From Octopus vulgaris (lineage: Eukaryota): a DNA stretch of 64,000 nucleotides. Of the stretch, positions 1 to 13,822 are shown in pieces (within the stretch, counting starts at the first letter, position 1; each line of letters opens with the position of its first letter). The position numbers were made by a program, and so were the translations under genes. The stretch is from contig OX597817.1 of the NCBI GenBank assembly GCA_951406725.2, positions 117,800,001-117,864,000 of the forward strand. Reading direction: 5' to 3'. A model generated the notes under the pieces. That model ran no database searches. It was not told the origin of the DNA and worked only from the letters and a program-made list of their open reading frames with translations.

Positions 1-2384
1 AACTTTACTATAATTAAAAGGAACATGATGAATGCATTGTCAAATCACAAGTATATGTGACTAGTTACGTTTAATAGATTGGTGTTGGTATATAATGTAG
101 ACGATAATTGTAGAACACTGGTTCTTAACCGTTTAATTTTTATTAACAGTATTATCATTAACAATATCGTATTTCCAAAATATAGATTTGGAAATAAAGA
201 ACGCACATAAAATGTAAAACAGCGTTACAGTCTCTGAAAATATGCCAACAAAATATTAAAATATCATAATTGGATATATAACTTTTACGTGTGAAGTATG
301 ATAGTATTAATTTATGCATAAATACAACTGATTGTAGTCGGACTATATTTTCAAATCGGTAACTTTGAAATATTTTTAGCGATGTTGACTACCTGGACTG
401 GGTAGTTATTCTTGCTACTGTTACTGTAAACTAAAGGCTTTATGCATGAATAAGGAGTCGGTGAGGGCAGAGTTATTATGATGTTAGGAAAACTGTTCGT
501 GAAAATAACTGTCATCTATTGAAAATATGTTTTATATGAAAAAATTTCTCTAAATGTTTATTTTTATATAAGTTGCAAATCTTTATAATTTTAAAAGTAT
601 GGTAATTTCTAAATTGTATGATTATGTGCTCTGATATATATAAATTATGAATAACGTAAAATATCACATTTACCGCAATGTTGTTTAGATGTGCAGTACC
701 ATAGAGCTAATTTTCTCATCTATTCAAATTTTAAGGAAACATCACATCATCTAATGAGTTTCAAGTGAAAGATAAAAGGGTAAGTAAACATGCTGCCATA
801 AATTCTTGCAGAGAAGTCTACAAACTAGCGAGGACAACAATTAGGCTGGTTCTTACAAATTACCAAACTAATGCCAGTATTGAAACTTCTCACATATTCT
901 ATGTAGTGACACATGTACAGCTAAATATTTTCAAATACCTAGTTTACATTTAAGGATTAGCAATTTTACCAGCATTATAAATGAAACAAACTTTCATAAA
1001 GCATTTATGGTTCCGATATTTTAATGAAAATATTTTTTCCAGGTGTCTCAAAAAGCCATTAGGGTAATGAGTTTGAAATAAATGTGGAAATAGGACATCC
1101 TTATAATGTGTCTCAGTAATTCAGTGTTGCTTTTCTATCGAGAACGCAGAATTCTTACGTATATTGCGAATTCAATATATTTCCATTTATAAATTTAAGA
1201 AATATGAAAATTTGTTTTAATAAATTTGTTAAATATAACGATATTTTGTCCAGCTGATTATTTAATCAAAAAATATAGATATCGATACTCTAAGAAAGTA
1301 ATGAAATTAGAAAACGTTGTTTGCTTAAATTTTAATGAAATAAAACATCATTTATTATACAGTCACATAAATCAAATTTGTTCAATGAAGTTGAAAATTA
1401 TTTTAATAAAAATGAAAAATTGTTCGGAAGCGGTTAGTAACATGAGTTTACAAGACACGGTACTATTTACAATGATTAACTACGGAGACTTTGCTTTGCT
1501 ATAAAAAAATTATGCAAATTAACAAATCAGGTCAATTTTCACAAATAATATAATTACTTCATATTATTTAAAAAGGAAGGAAAATAACAAAAGAAAAAAT
1601 TAAATCAATTTTCTATTTTAATATCATGAACTTTCTCGAAAATTAAATGCTTATTGCCAATAAAACATGCTAAATTTTGATTTGCATTAAAATATGCTGG
1701 ATATTAATTCAACGATATATGCTGGAGGAAAATAAAAGTTGTTTCCAAATGAGATAATAATACATATATGAATTGTAATGTAATAACACTGTGTAATACT
1801 ATGTCGTTGGGTAGAAACTGTTCTAAAATGTATTAAAAATGGTAAAAAATTACTTCATATTTTGCTTTTGTTTCATTTATTCAAATCCCAAAGAATCCTT
1901 CTCAACACATGACTGTGATGCTCCCCCACTACTCCTGTTCATAATCAAAGATATCTATATTGTTAACCACTAGAGCACAAGCATTAGTAGTTAGGATCAA
2001 GCAACTGACAAGCAAAACGTGGTATTCAGCAGAATATTTATTCTGCTCGGTGACGATATTTATGCTTGGGCAAATCAGAGCTGTTCCTGCCTGAAATGTA
2101 ATGGAAAATAAGTCAGTTTCAAAACATCGATGTCTAGGTCACAAAAGCAAAATTTAAAGGAGACAATAGTTCTTTGCTTTGATTTCAAGATAGAGGCAAT
2201 TACAAAATAGCACTTAATGACCCAAGAAAAAAATACATAATTTTATTGAACAATGTAGTTCAGTGAATGTTTTTAAGTATAATAGAAATAAGAACCGAAA
2301 AAATAGCCTTAATTGTTTGAAAGATACGTGAAATACCTAAAGTTTTGGAAGGTTACAGTTGGTTACATGAACTGAACTAATTAG

Positions 2385-2722
2385 TGCTTATATTGTGAAC
2401 CTGGAACAGATACTATGCAGAGTTGACATGCGCGGGATTTGAACTTATGGCAGATAACTAATACAATGATATTCTTCATCTTATCCGAAAGTTAACAACT
2501 CCAACAGTGCACCGACTTAATAATAATTTTAGTTTCAAAATTTGTCATATGGACAGTATGACGACCAGGAAATATCCAATTGATTACATCGCGTCGAGTA
2601 CCGGCTTGGTATTTCTTACAGATGTCGAAAAAATAAAGGCTACCTTGATATAAGCGGGCTTCGAATTCAGTAGGTAAACAACTTCAAGAAATGCTGATAT
2701 GCATTTCGTTCGGTACGTTAAT
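2385..2722 (-). mobile_element. Two highly degenerate copies of the tRNA-derived SINE seen at 3041-3268
   Basis: Residual matches such as gattacatcg..., gggatttgaact, ttcgaattcag and gcatttcgttcgg to the better copy at 3041-3268. Confidence 0.5.
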
Positions 2723-2744
2723 AATAACAATATTAATTATAAAA

Positions 2745-2792
2745 GCAACAAAATAATAATGACGATAATAATAAAAATTAAAGTAGTAGTAC

Positions 2793-2833
<41 letters not shown>

Positions 2834-2840
2834 ATAATAA
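2745..2840. repeat. (AAT)n/(GTA)n microsatellite
   Basis: Directly visible trinucleotide runs. Confidence 0.95.
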
Positions 2841-3040
2841 TTCATCTCAGTTTTATTGATCACAGGACATTCCGGAGAAACTCTGTAACAGCAAAAATGA
2901 AGCTGGACCTTTTAAAGGAAAACCTCTAGCTCGGCTATGCTTCAATAAAGATCAGACTGACCACAGCTCTTATCCTAATACCGCATCATTAGATAATAGA
3001 GTAAGGAGGAGAAATTGAACCGACGAAAATATCAGGTTAT

Positions 3041-3268
3041 ATTTCTTTACTACCCACAAGGAGCTAAACACAGAGGGGACAAACAAGGACAAACAAACGG
3101 ACCAAGTCGATTACATCGACCCCAGTGTGTAACTGGTACTTGATTTATCGACCCCGAAAGGATGAAAAGCAAAGTCGACCTCGGCAGAATTTGAACTCAA
3201 AACGTAACGGCAGACGAAATTCGGCTACGCATTTCGCCCGGCGTGCTAACGATTCTGCCAGCTCGCCG
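3041..3268 (-). mobile_element. tRNA-derived SINE, family A (octopus OK/OR-like)
   Basis: Minus strand starts GGCGAGCTGGCAGAATCGTTAGCACG (A-box-like), has GAGTTCAAATTC (B-box-like), then TTTCATCCTTTCGGGGTCGATAAA. Related copies at about 12452, 29295, 30840 and 46860. Confidence 0.85.
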
Positions 3269-3299
3269 GATAGTGATGCAGTGCTACTTAGAAAGTGAA

Positions 3300-4890
3300 C
3301 CAAAGAGAAAGGCCTACAGAAAACAAACGGACGTTAACAATTTGGATAGAGAATAGTATGTTTAAAGTGATTGAACAGAGATTTGTAGATCACGATATGC
3401 CTCTAGGAGAAGAAAGTGAGTAACAGTATTGCAGGTGGAAGAGATCACAAAAGAACTTGAAAGAAAAGACCAGACAGTAGGAAAGACAAACAACAACAGA
3501 AAAGATACAGCTCAATCCAAAGGAGAATGTAAACAAAAATAATTATAGCACTACCAATAAGGAAGTGACAACTGGCACCAGCACCTTAAGTAATTTAAGT
3601 GTGGAAAATTAGAAAATGTTAAATGAGTTGCAGGAAAGGTTCCAACAACATTGAAAGGAACCAACGGAAGTTTGAAAGGCACCAACTGCATTGAAAGGCA
3701 CCAACAGAAATTTGAAAGGCACCAAACGAAATTGATATGACTAGGAGAGTAGATTCTGTTCTCAGTAAGAGAGATACTACAAATATATATAACCTAACTT
3801 ATTGATCTATGCAAGAGGGGTAGTAGTTACTAGAAAATTAGATATTCTACAAGGAAAGATAAGAAAAATGGTAATGTTGAAAAGTAGATTACAAACTAAA
3901 GTGAAGACTTTAAAAATTTATGATTAAAGTAGAATGCAAGCCTCTGAACGTTTAGGAAATGCAAGATGCATATCTTGCCTCGAGAAAAGATACTTAGTCA
4001 AAGACAAAGGTTTTGGGACAGTCATAGAAGTGTTGAAAGAGCGCATCACAGCAGTAGCAGGCACGCTCATCAGAAAGCAGAAAATAATAGATCAGTATCA
4101 ACAGAATAGATTATTTGAGACAGACAAGAGATTTTGTAACCAAATAAATAGTGGAGAACTAAGTACTGAAGATGAGAAATGTAATGTAGAAGAAGCTAGA
4201 AAATTCAGGAGTAATATTTGGGATGAGCCAGTCCATCATAATGGAGATTCAATATGGTTAAATAAAGTGAGGGAAGAAGTAGTGAGTGAAAAGCAGCCGG
4301 TTCTAAGACTACCTAGTGCATTAATGAATTATAAAATATGCCGAAGTTATCTGATTGGCAGGAAAAGATGTTGCATGTTACATTTCCTACGTTAGTTGCA
4401 GGAAATAGTTGTAGTGATACATGGATATATTTGCAGCAACGGACACTGAAGAGGGAGATAGAAATGTTGTTAGTAGCAGCACAGGATCAAACATTAAAGA
4501 CTAATTGTTTAAAAAGGCAAAATAGTAAAAAAAAAACAAGCAGATTCACAATGTAGACTATGCAAATCAAAAGAGGAAAGCTTCACTCACAGAGTAAGTG
4601 AATGTATCATGTTGGCCTGATTGAATAGAGAATAGAAAGTGCCAGATTTGGCAGAGAATAGAAAATACTAGATAATATACATTACATTCCCAAATGATGA
4701 AAACTTTATTGTGAGAAGTTATAGAAAAATAGTAAATAACAGGACCTAGCTACTGAATTACAGAAGCAATGGAACCTGCGGACAAAATATATCCCAGTAG
4801 TTGTATGTGCATTGGAAACTATCCCTAAAAATTGAAGTCATAAATAAAGGAAATAGAAAAAACACCTAGTTTAGTACAGCTGCAGAAATA
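3300..4890 (+). mobile_element. Decayed, internally deleted R4/Dong-type non-LTR retrotransposon
   Basis: Pre-RT motifs (QYQQNRLFETD, WDEPVHHNGDSIWL), then LLVAAQDQTLKTN, a CRLC..E...H zinc-knuckle remnant and a REL C-terminus; ends at (TAA)n. Confidence 0.8.
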
Positions 4891-4922
4891 ATAATAATAA
4901 GAACAATAAATATAATAATAAT

Positions 4923-4965
<43 letters not shown>

Positions 4966-5014
4966 GAAGAACAAAAACAATAAATATAATGATAATAATA
5001 ATAATAATAATAAT

Positions 5015-5083
<69 letters not shown>
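4888..5083. repeat. (TAA)n microsatellite
   Basis: Directly visible. Confidence 0.95.
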
Positions 5084-5173
5084 CAGAGCATCACAACAAA
5101 TCACAGCACATACCCAAGGCACACAGAGCTGCGCTCGGTAGTGAAGTGAAAGCACACTATAAAAATAAAACTA

Positions 5174-5177
<4 letters not shown>
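5084..5177 (+). mobile_element. Isolated 3' end of an R4/Dong-type LINE, flanked by (TAA)n
   Basis: Near-identical to the reverse complement of about 9298-9393, which directly follows the REL-coding region of the copy at 9297-9680. Confidence 0.85.
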
Positions 5178-5208
<31 letters not shown>

Positions 5209-5225
5209 TAATAATAATAATAATA

Positions 5226-5912
5226 AGCTGACGTTGACCAGAGGCAAACCCATCAGTGGCTACGGAGCTCTGGGCTAAAAGCAGAGAGCGAAGGTTTCAT
5301 CCTGGCTGCTCAAGATCAAAGCTTATTAACCTGGAACTACCAGGCCAATGTGATGAAAAATGGAGCAGATCCAAAATGCCGATTCTGCAACGACATGATT
5401 GAAACAGTGGACCACCTAATCTCTGGATGTAAAGTCTTAGCACCAGTGGAGTATAAATTAAGACATGATAGAGTTGGCCAATATCAATATCTACACTGGC
5501 TAATAAATCGGTATTACAATATCAAAACTGTGGTATAATCACCACCCTAAAGCTGTAACTGAAGGAGAAAATGAAACGATGCTGTGGGACTTTCCAGTAC
5601 ATACAGACCGAACCATCAAAGCCAATAGACCGGATATTGTTGTGAAAGACCAAAACAATAACGTTTGCTTACTGATCGACATGAGCATCCCCTGTGATCA
5701 TAATATCTCGGCGAAAGAGTTTGACAAGCTCAGAAAATATAAAGACCTGCTCATTGAAATTGAGAAAAATGTGGCATCTCAAGGCGGTTACAATACCAGT
5801 GATCGTAGGAGCACTAGGAATGATCAAGAAGGGTTTACCATCCCTGCAAGAAGTTCAAAAGATTGTCTTAACTGGTACATCACACGTATTGAGAAGAGCA
5901 TTGTCGATTTGA
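5226..5912 (+). mobile_element. 5'-truncated R4/Dong-type LINE (zinc knuckle + REL endonuclease), frameshifted
   Basis: EGFILAAQDQ; CRFCNDMIETVDHLISGC..RHD; LWDFPVHTDRTIKANRPDIVVKD; IPVIVGALG; VQKIVLTGTSHVLRRALSI. Confidence 0.92.
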
Positions 5913-5929
5913 GAACTATCACTACCATG

Positions 5930-6380
5930 TACAACAAATTTCGGAATTAGAGATAGACATACAAGAAACAAGCACGGAAAAAGCTAGGCGCATGAAAACC
6001 CGTGCTAAATCTGCAGCCTTAGATATTCTGAATGATAAATGGCAAGAAAAACCTCTCTATAACGAATACCCAAAGAGAGCGAATAATGCAGATGTTGACA
6101 AAGCCCTGACCCATCAATGGCTAAAGGCCTCTGGCTTAAAATCTGAAACAGAGGGGTTTATCATAGCAGCTCAAGATCAATGCCTACCAACAAGAAACTA
6201 CCAGGCAAACATATTAAAGATCGGCAGTAGCCCAAGGTGTCGTGTATGCCAGCAACAAAATGAAACCATTGATCATGTGGTCTCCAAGTGCAGTCTTCTA
6301 GCGCCTACTGAGTATCTCAACACGCATGATAGAGTTGCACACTGGGTAATCTGCAAAAACCTGGATTTGTCCCATGAAAA
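5930..6380 (+). mobile_element. R4/Dong-type LINE fragment (zinc knuckle region)
   Basis: ORF 5992-6432 contains WQEKPLY, ETEGFIIAAQDQ, CRVC...ETIDHVVSKC..HD. Homologous to about 12290-12960. Confidence 0.88.
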
Positions 6381-6536
6381 TGGGGTTTCGCGTCATTGGC
6401 ATGACCAGAATAATCAGGCAAGTATTAGCTGAAAAGAACGGATAGCATAGTGCCGTAGGCTGCATGTAGCAAGACTGCTACACATGCAAGACTAGTTGTT
6501 CCAACAAAACCCGCGATAAAAAGAAATAATAATAAT

Positions 6537-6569
<33 letters not shown>

Positions 6570-6703
6570 AATAATAATAATAATAATAATATATGACAAT
6601 TTAAAATGATGCATTTTAGCAAGTTGGTTTTTCGTATGTGATAAGTTGTGGAGAAAATTCAACGGAAATGCTACAAAGAGTAAACTACAGTTTATTCAAT
6701 ATA

Positions 6704-7040
6704 TTAGGTTGTCGAGTATGAAATTTGTAGAAAAAAGAGTTTGCTAATCTTTTATAAATACAATGAATTGTATCAAAGTCTGCAGCCATATTGTCAATAC
6801 ACTTTTGCCATTTCAGCGGTAACTTGTCCAGTCCGGAACTGTAAAATCTTAGCAATCTAGAGTCAATCAATTCTGAAAAGGCCTGTTTTACAGCATCGTC
6901 GAAACTATTATTTTTCCTTTGAAAAAGTTTTCCAAATTCTGGAAGATGTGGTAGCCAGTGAGGGCAAGATCAGGTGAGTATAGTGGATGGTGGAGAAATT
7001 CCGAACCCAACTTCTGTAGTTTCGCCAATGTCATTTTTAC
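6704..7040 (-). mobile_element. Mariner transposon 3' remnant
   Basis: Minus strand encodes HHPLYSPDLA and FYSSGLDKLPLKWQKCID; TA followed by a TTAGGTTG terminus at 6702-6711. Confidence 0.85.
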
Positions 7041-7129
7041 TATAAGCATTGCTACCTATCTTGAACCTCGATCAATATTCAGCGTCCAATGATTTTGGTA
7101 TCGAAAAAAGATTTTCCTTAGTCATTATC

Positions 7130-7960
7130 ACAAAAGAAACTGAGCCAATGTGGAAGATAGCAATCATTTTCAATCACGAGTGGACAGAATGAAGGGGCTT
7201 GGCTGCGAGGGAATGAAAAGAAGCAACAAATGCAAGCAAAAAATATAATGACGAAATAATCGACCAGTTTATTTCGAACCAGAAAAAAATTGGCAAATAA
7301 AGGCTACATTCAGTATAATTAGGAACTAAGCTATACATGCCATTCTGAATATAAGACAAAGCGTAGTGTATACATTGCAAATAAACATCTCCAAATATCA
7401 GAAAGTGTTCAAAACTAGCAAATAAATGATTAAGCAATGCAACAATATACCAATTATTAATAAATCTATACACAATAAAAATATTTTCACTATGAAGTAC
7501 ACACACCTACACAAGAAACATTTAGTTCATTAGCATAACTCAAGTAGCACATTCACTATATAATTAGAGCACAATTTCATAAACGTTTTTCCTGCAATCC
7601 AGAGCAATATCAAGGATGCAAAAAGAACATAACCGATAAAAATACACAAAACATAGAAACAGTCTCGAAACACATACATATTCTGGCATTTAGTAAAAAT
7701 AATGCAGTCATTCACTCGGCAGAGAATGAAATTTCGTATACAACTACTACGAAACAACTTGTAATAACGAAGGCGAAACGGTATGGATTGCAAACGTGTT
7801 AATGAATGCATACCATAGATGCTAGAAATCAACATTATCATCACTAACATTAATACATTCTTTCAGATAACAGAACCTAATTTTTGGTGTATGACTTCTG
7901 ATTGTGCGTTGAGGTTAAGCTGTCGAAAGATCACACGAATCTTTAAAATGAATACCTATA
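7130..7960 (+). mobile_element. Very decayed N-terminal part of an R4/Dong-type LINE
   Basis: Weak, frameshifted similarity to the pre-RT segments at about 4200 and 61100-62150 (e.g. LEINIIITNIN and PNFW). Confidence 0.4.
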
Positions 7961-9112
7961 GACTCTTGCATTATTTTGTCAAAGTATGTTTCCCGTATTA
8001 CTGCTATCTATTCAAATTTAGATTATCACTATCTCCTAAATACTCCGAGTAAATAACATTGCTTTTACCAATAACTTTATTATGTATATTCTATATTTGC
8101 AGTTTTCACAAAAGGTATTTAGTGTTTAAACGGAGAGCGTAATGAAACGTTAATGCAAAGAAAGGCTGATTAGTAAGTGAGGGCTGTAACAGTGATTAGA
8201 CAAGAAAATACCTCAAATTGATCTTCCTTAGTTTCCAAGTTACACAGCAAAACAATTTACAACACTTACTGAGGTGGAAACACTAAAACGAAGCATTGTT
8301 GTAAAACAAAGAATTAAATAAACAAAAGGATTTTTTTGTTAAATTAGAGAATTATTTTATCATCGAACGTGCTATGTATTTGTAATGCATATAACAACAA
8401 ACCTACACAATATGTATGAAATATGACATGAAATAAACTGAAGCAGCTGCTGAAATAAAATATAACATAATTTGATATACTTAGAAATCCTTTACAAATG
8501 TGCTGAGTTTCTAGTGTTGATTTATCATACAGATGCGCTTAATACTCTATTTCTTTAAGAAGAGAAATAAGCCAAAGGAGCTTAAAATATACAACAGTAC
8601 ACATACTTGTGTAAGATTTAATGACATGATTAATATCTAATAAGAAATTATTCTGTACGGGGATTAAATAACTACATGCCGAGAAATATGACTGAATGCA
8701 GAAGATAAATTACATTGCACTTAAGACAGAATTTACAATTAGCGAAAGGCAGGAAAGAGCTAAATAGCGGGATATAACGATAAAAAACAAAATCGGATTT
8801 GTATGAAGTGCTGAGCGTCTGCTAATATTTTACTAGTGCGGAAGGCAAATTTATACAAGGAATAGGTCGTAATGCCTCAAAATACCATATAAAACAAGCG
8901 CATAGTAGATAGATTGAAATAACAACAAACAAAACAACAACAAAAAAATAATAGCCATAGTGAAAGCAACCTTCTCTACTATAGGCACAAAGCGTGAAAT
9001 TATCGAAGAGTGGTCTTGTTGCTTACTGCCACTCCAATGATAGAAATTGGTCTTTTTTTTATTGAACCTGGAAGTGTGTCCGGAATGTTTAAAATTTATG
9101 ACATTCAACGCC

Positions 9113-9113
9113 T

Positions 9114-9167
<54 letters not shown>

Positions 9168-9239
9168 AAATAATAATAATAATCATAGTATTAATAATAA
9201 TAATAATTATAATTATTATTATTATTATGATTATTATTA

Positions 9240-9296
<57 letters not shown>
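9113..9296. repeat. (CTA)n/(TAA)n/(TTA)n compound microsatellite
   Basis: Directly visible. Confidence 0.95.
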
Positions 9297-9680
9297 GTCA
9301 GTAGTTTTATTTTTATAGCGTGCTTTCACTTCACTACCGAGCGCAGCTCTGTGTGCCTTGGGTATGTGCTGTGATTTGTTGTGATGCTCTGATGGTTATT
9401 GTATGGAAAGTGTTCTGCGTAGGATGTGTGCAGTGCCTAGTAATGCAATTTTCTGTATGTTATATGTGTTTGTAAGTCCTGGTGTTTTTGTTATGTATTT
9501 ATCTGAATATTTTTTATCACGCCTAATGCACCTACTATGATAGGAATTGTTTCTGTTTTCAGATTCCACATTCTAGTTACCTCTATTTCCAGGTCTTTGT
9601 ATTTTGAGAGTTTCTCCATTTCTTTTAGAGACACGTTGTCATCTGCTGGCATTGATACATCAATTAGAAAGCATTTTTTC
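9297..9680 (-). mobile_element. 5'-truncated R4/Dong-type LINE (REL C-terminus + 3' UTR) inside a (TAA)n array
   Basis: [51 protein letters not shown]; TAA repeats on the element's sense strand at both ends. Confidence 0.92.
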
Positions 9681-9704
9681 TTCTTCTTCTTCTTATTATT
9701 ATTA

Positions 9705-9774
<70 letters not shown>

Positions 9775-9799
9775 CATCATTATTATTTTGTAAAACAAA

Positions 9800-10352
9800 A
9801 GATAAATAAGAAAGTGTGAAGGAAATATCAAGACTGTGACAAGAAATACCGTTGCATGGGTAATACACAAACCGTACTGGGGAAGCTGTTGTTGATAAGA
9901 GACGAACACATCACTGAGTGCAGAGTTTTGGTTTGAAAGCCGAAACAGTAGAATTTATCCTAGGCACAAATGGTAACAGACCAGACATCGCCCTCAAAGA
10001 TTCCAGACTAAAACATGCCCTTCAATTGATATGACAATGCCTACTGATAGAAACATCACAGCAAAAGAATCTGAATAGCTGTCGAAATATGAGGACCTTC
10101 AGATTGAGATATCTAAGCGTGACTATTAACGACCAAAACCATCGCGGTTGTTGTAGGTGCTCTGAAAATGATCAAGAAAGTTACTGACAATATGTTTTTA
10201 TCAGATCCATGGGAAACCTATTAAACTCAAAATATTGAGTTGTCATCAACCGCCCATATTCTCAGGAAATTTCTCTCCATCTAATACATACGTTCCTAAG
10301 GTCTCTAGTTGAAAACCAGTCGGAGGATGAAATAGAATGTAAATTAATCTGA
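9800..10352 (+). mobile_element. Decayed R4/Dong-type LINE 3' fragment
   Basis: NRPDIALKD, IDMTMPTDRNITAKE, SKYEDLQIEI and VVVGAL motifs; followed by (TAA)n. Confidence 0.8.
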
Positions 10353-10353
10353 A

Positions 10354-10354
<1 letters not shown>

Positions 10355-10400
<46 letters not shown>

Positions 10401-10414
10401 TGATGATGATGATG

Positions 10415-10457
<43 letters not shown>

Positions 10458-10474
10458 TGATGATGATGATGATG

Positions 10475-10555
<81 letters not shown>

Positions 10556-10575
10556 TTGATGATGATGAGGATGAT
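10355..10575. repeat. (TAA)n/(TGA)n microsatellite
   Basis: Directly visible. Confidence 0.95.
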
Positions 10576-11568
10576 ATCTGAAAAACATAGATTCGTTAAA
10601 CAAAACAGAAGTGTGCTAGGAGCACCGGTATGGAATTCGAGATTGCCAAATGCTCAGTACTCAATTTGAAAGATGGAAGAAAGCACCCTGCAGAGTATTG
10701 CGGTTACCGTCAGGAGGGACTATGGTTGAACCCGACGGAATTAGGTACATATATTCAGGGATTTTGGAGCTGGATGTCATTCTACACAGAGAAATGAAAG
10801 TCAAGGTCAGCGAGGCGTATCAAAAAAAAAGGGTGAAGATGGCTTTGAAATCCAAACTGAATGTCAAAACTTTGATTACCGCAATGAATATCTGGGCGGT
10901 TGCGGTGGTCAGATATGGTGCTTCTATCCTCAAATGAAAAGAGGAGAAAATATCAACACCGGATAGAAAGTCGAGAGAGATGATGACGTTGCATGGGGGA
11001 GGCTACACCTTAAATCAAACATAAACAGCTTGTATATGAAATAAAGAATGGTGGCAGAGGACTAATTAGTATAGGCTATTGTATGAATAGTGAAAGGATA
11101 ACGCTTGCCGAGTATATGCTAAATAGTGATGAAGACCTGCTGCAATAAGCCATGAAAGATATGAGTGTAAATGCATTTGAACTGATGGGCAAGGAAGAGT
11201 TTAACCAAAGCGCTGAGGAGGATAGAAAAGAAGATCTTCATGAAATGAGAAGGCATGGAGAGTTTGAAAGGAATACACAAGACGTTAAGGGTTATACATC
11301 ATCACATCATGGGCATGGCTTAAGCGAGGTCATTTGAAGCGTACCACCGAAAGCCTTATTATTGCTGCACAAGACCAGGCTCTCGTTAACAATTCAGTGA
11401 AGTATAACGTCTATAAAACATCTGACATCCAGAAATGCAGACTGTGGAGAGAGTGTGGAAAGTGTGACCCACTTCGTAAGTGGATGTGACAGCTTTGCTC
11501 GAAAAAATACAAGCGCCGCCACGATAAAATGTGTGTATCTTCATTGTCTCTTATGCTGTAAATACCGA
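10576..11568 (+). mobile_element. Decayed R4/Dong-type LINE (RT C-terminus to zinc knuckle)
   Basis: LKSKLNVKTLITAMNIWAVAVVRYG, NGGRGLI, ESLIIAAQDQAL, and CRL...VTHFVSGC...RRHD. Confidence 0.85.
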
Positions 11569-13550
11569 AGTTGCTCGATGATGTACAATATGGTTATAAA
11601 ATCTTTGATAAAAATGTAAACCAGCGCTTTTACATGATTGATTTAAAGCTCTTTGTAAAAACTGGCCCACAACTACAGGACATACTAGCAATTATTAAGC
11701 AATACAGTGATGATATCAGAATGCAATTTGGCCTGGATAAATGTGCAAAAGCTGTCTTTATCAAAGGGAAAATGAAAGAAACATCCAACGTTAAAATTGG
11801 TCAAAAGAATGTCATACAGGAATTAGAACCAGCGGAGAGCTACATTTATCAGGGGTTATTTGAAGGTGATTGAATCAAACATTCAATGATAAGAGAAAGG
11901 ACCAGGAGAGAATGTTACCGCAGTGTAAGGTTAATACTCAAGACGGAGCTGAATGCAAGAAACAGGATCGAAACGATCAATACTTTAGCCATACCGGTCG
12001 TGACTTATCAATAACTGGTCAAGTACTGAAATATGTAAACTTGACAGAAAAAACGAAAATTGATGACAATGCATAGAATACACCATACTAAATCAGATGT
12101 AGAACGAATTTACCTGCCAAAAGAGAATGGCCGTGGAGTTTTAAAAATGGAGTGAACAATGAATACTGCCAAAATTGGCTTAAACATCTACCTGAAAATC
12201 TTTGATGGCTGGATGTTAAAACTTGTCTTAAATCACGAAAACAAGAAACCACCATACTCAGTAGCAAAAGAGGCAAAGGAATATCTAAGCGAATTCCAAA
12301 TACAACAAATCCGCAAATTAGACGTACCGAAAGCAAGCACAGAAAAGCCAGGTGTATGAAAGCCCGTGCTAAAACTGCTGCGTTAGATATTCCTACCGAT
12401 AAATGGTTGGAAAAACCTCTCAGTGGCAAATAGCCAAAGAGAGCTAATAATCATTTCTACCCTAGGTACAATGCCCGAAAGTTTTGTGGAGTGGGGCAGT
12501 CGATTAAATCGACCCCAGTACGCAACTGATACTTAATTTATGAACTCCGAAAGGATGAGAAGCAAACTCGACCTCCGCGGAATTTGAACTCAGAATTTAA
12601 AGGCAGATGAAATACCACTAAGCATTTCACCCGGCGTGCTAACATTTCTGCCAGCTCGCCGCCTTAAAAAGAGCTAATAATGCCGATGTTGATAATGTCC
12701 TTACCTATCAATGGTTAGTGTCTTGTGGCTTTAAATCAGAAAGAGAGTAGTTTATCATAGCAGCCCAAGATCACCACCTTCCTTAGGGAGCTACGAGGTC
12801 AACATATTGTGTATGTAAACAACAAAAGGAAACCATTGAGTATGTTGTTTCCACGTGCAGTTTTCTTGCACCTACAGAGTATATTAACCGGCATGATAGA
12901 GCAGCATAATATATTCCCTAGGCAGTTTATATCATGGGATATATCCCTTGGACCTATCCCATGATATAAACTGGTGGGAACACAAGTCTACTCCAGTGCT
13001 TGAAAATGACAGCATCCCACACCTCTGGAACCTCACCATTAAAACTGAAAGAAGATCGATGCGAATAGGCCTGACGTTATATTGAAGCTGTTCAAACTAA
13101 AATCATACCGCTTCATCGATACGAATGTCCCAAGCAGCATAAATGCATTTGTCAAGACATACCAAAAACTTAGCTAGTATAATGATCTTGAAAGAGAAAT
13201 TGGCAAAATGTGGAACCTCAAGACTGAAGCAATACCTGTCGTCACAGGTGTCCTAGAAATGATGGCAGAAGGGGTTGATTCCTAACTACCCTAGGTACTA
13301 GGAAACCCCAAAGTAGCAGAAATTCAAAAGATATTGCTCATGGAAACTGCCCATATCCTACGTAATATACTGTCCATGTAATCTCAAATTTTAAAACCAA
13401 ATTATAATTTTTTTTCTTAAACATTCTCTAGAAGAATACTTTATGCAAAACTAATATTATGACACCCTACGCATAACACCAACTTTAACTTCTAACTTGT
13501 TGCCTCTTGAGATCTCTGGGTTTGACTTGGAGCCAACTTGTACAAATACC
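11569..13550 (+). mobile_element. Decayed R4/Dong-type LINE (RT catalytic region to 3' UTR), interrupted by a SINE
   Basis: FYMIDLKLF (decayed YMDDLKL), YSDDIRMQFGLDKCAK, FIIAAQD, RHDRA, NRPDV, and IQKILLMETAHILR. Confidence 0.88.
12452..12665 (-). mobile_element. tRNA-derived SINE family A inserted in a LINE, with a 12-bp TSD
   Basis: Matches 3041-3268; AGAGCTAATAAT at 12440-12451 and 12670-12681. Confidence 0.9.
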
Positions 13551-13552
13551 AA

Positions 13553-13812
13553 TGAAAATAGCGAAAGGGGCTGATTGCTACCTAGCTCAGTTACCAGGAA
13601 ACCCCAAAATGGCAGAAATTCAAACGATCGTGCTCATAGGAACTGCCCATATTCTACACAAAATACTTTCTATGTAATCTCAAGTTTTAAAACAAACACA
13701 TAATTTTCTTATGGTTTCTTAAACAGGAAATACTAAGTTGTCTTTTGTGGTCTCTAGGTGAGACTAGGCGCCAACTTATACAAATGTAAAGCAAAAGTCA
13801 AACATAAAAGGA
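13553..13812 (+). mobile_element. Second, tandem 3' end of the same LINE family, ending at (TAA)n
   Basis: Homologous to about 13258-13545; (TAA)n at 13813-13905. Confidence 0.85.
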
Positions 13813-13822
13813 TAATAATAAC

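Noticed and set aside
3195-3268. tRNA-like A/B boxes here and in the other SINE heads
   Set aside because: They belong to multi-copy SINEs; no complete cloverleaf, so not called as tRNA genes.
3651-3735. Four TTGAAAGG(C/A)ACCAA repeats, superficially CRISPR-like
   Set aside because: Period is about 20 bp with 4-6-nt spacers, inside a LINE remnant in eukaryotic DNA with no cas genes; a minisatellite.
7174-7850. Two hydrophobic minus-strand ORFs resembling a GPCR
   Set aside because: No receptor motifs; they are the antisense reading of an A-rich decayed LINE on the plus strand.
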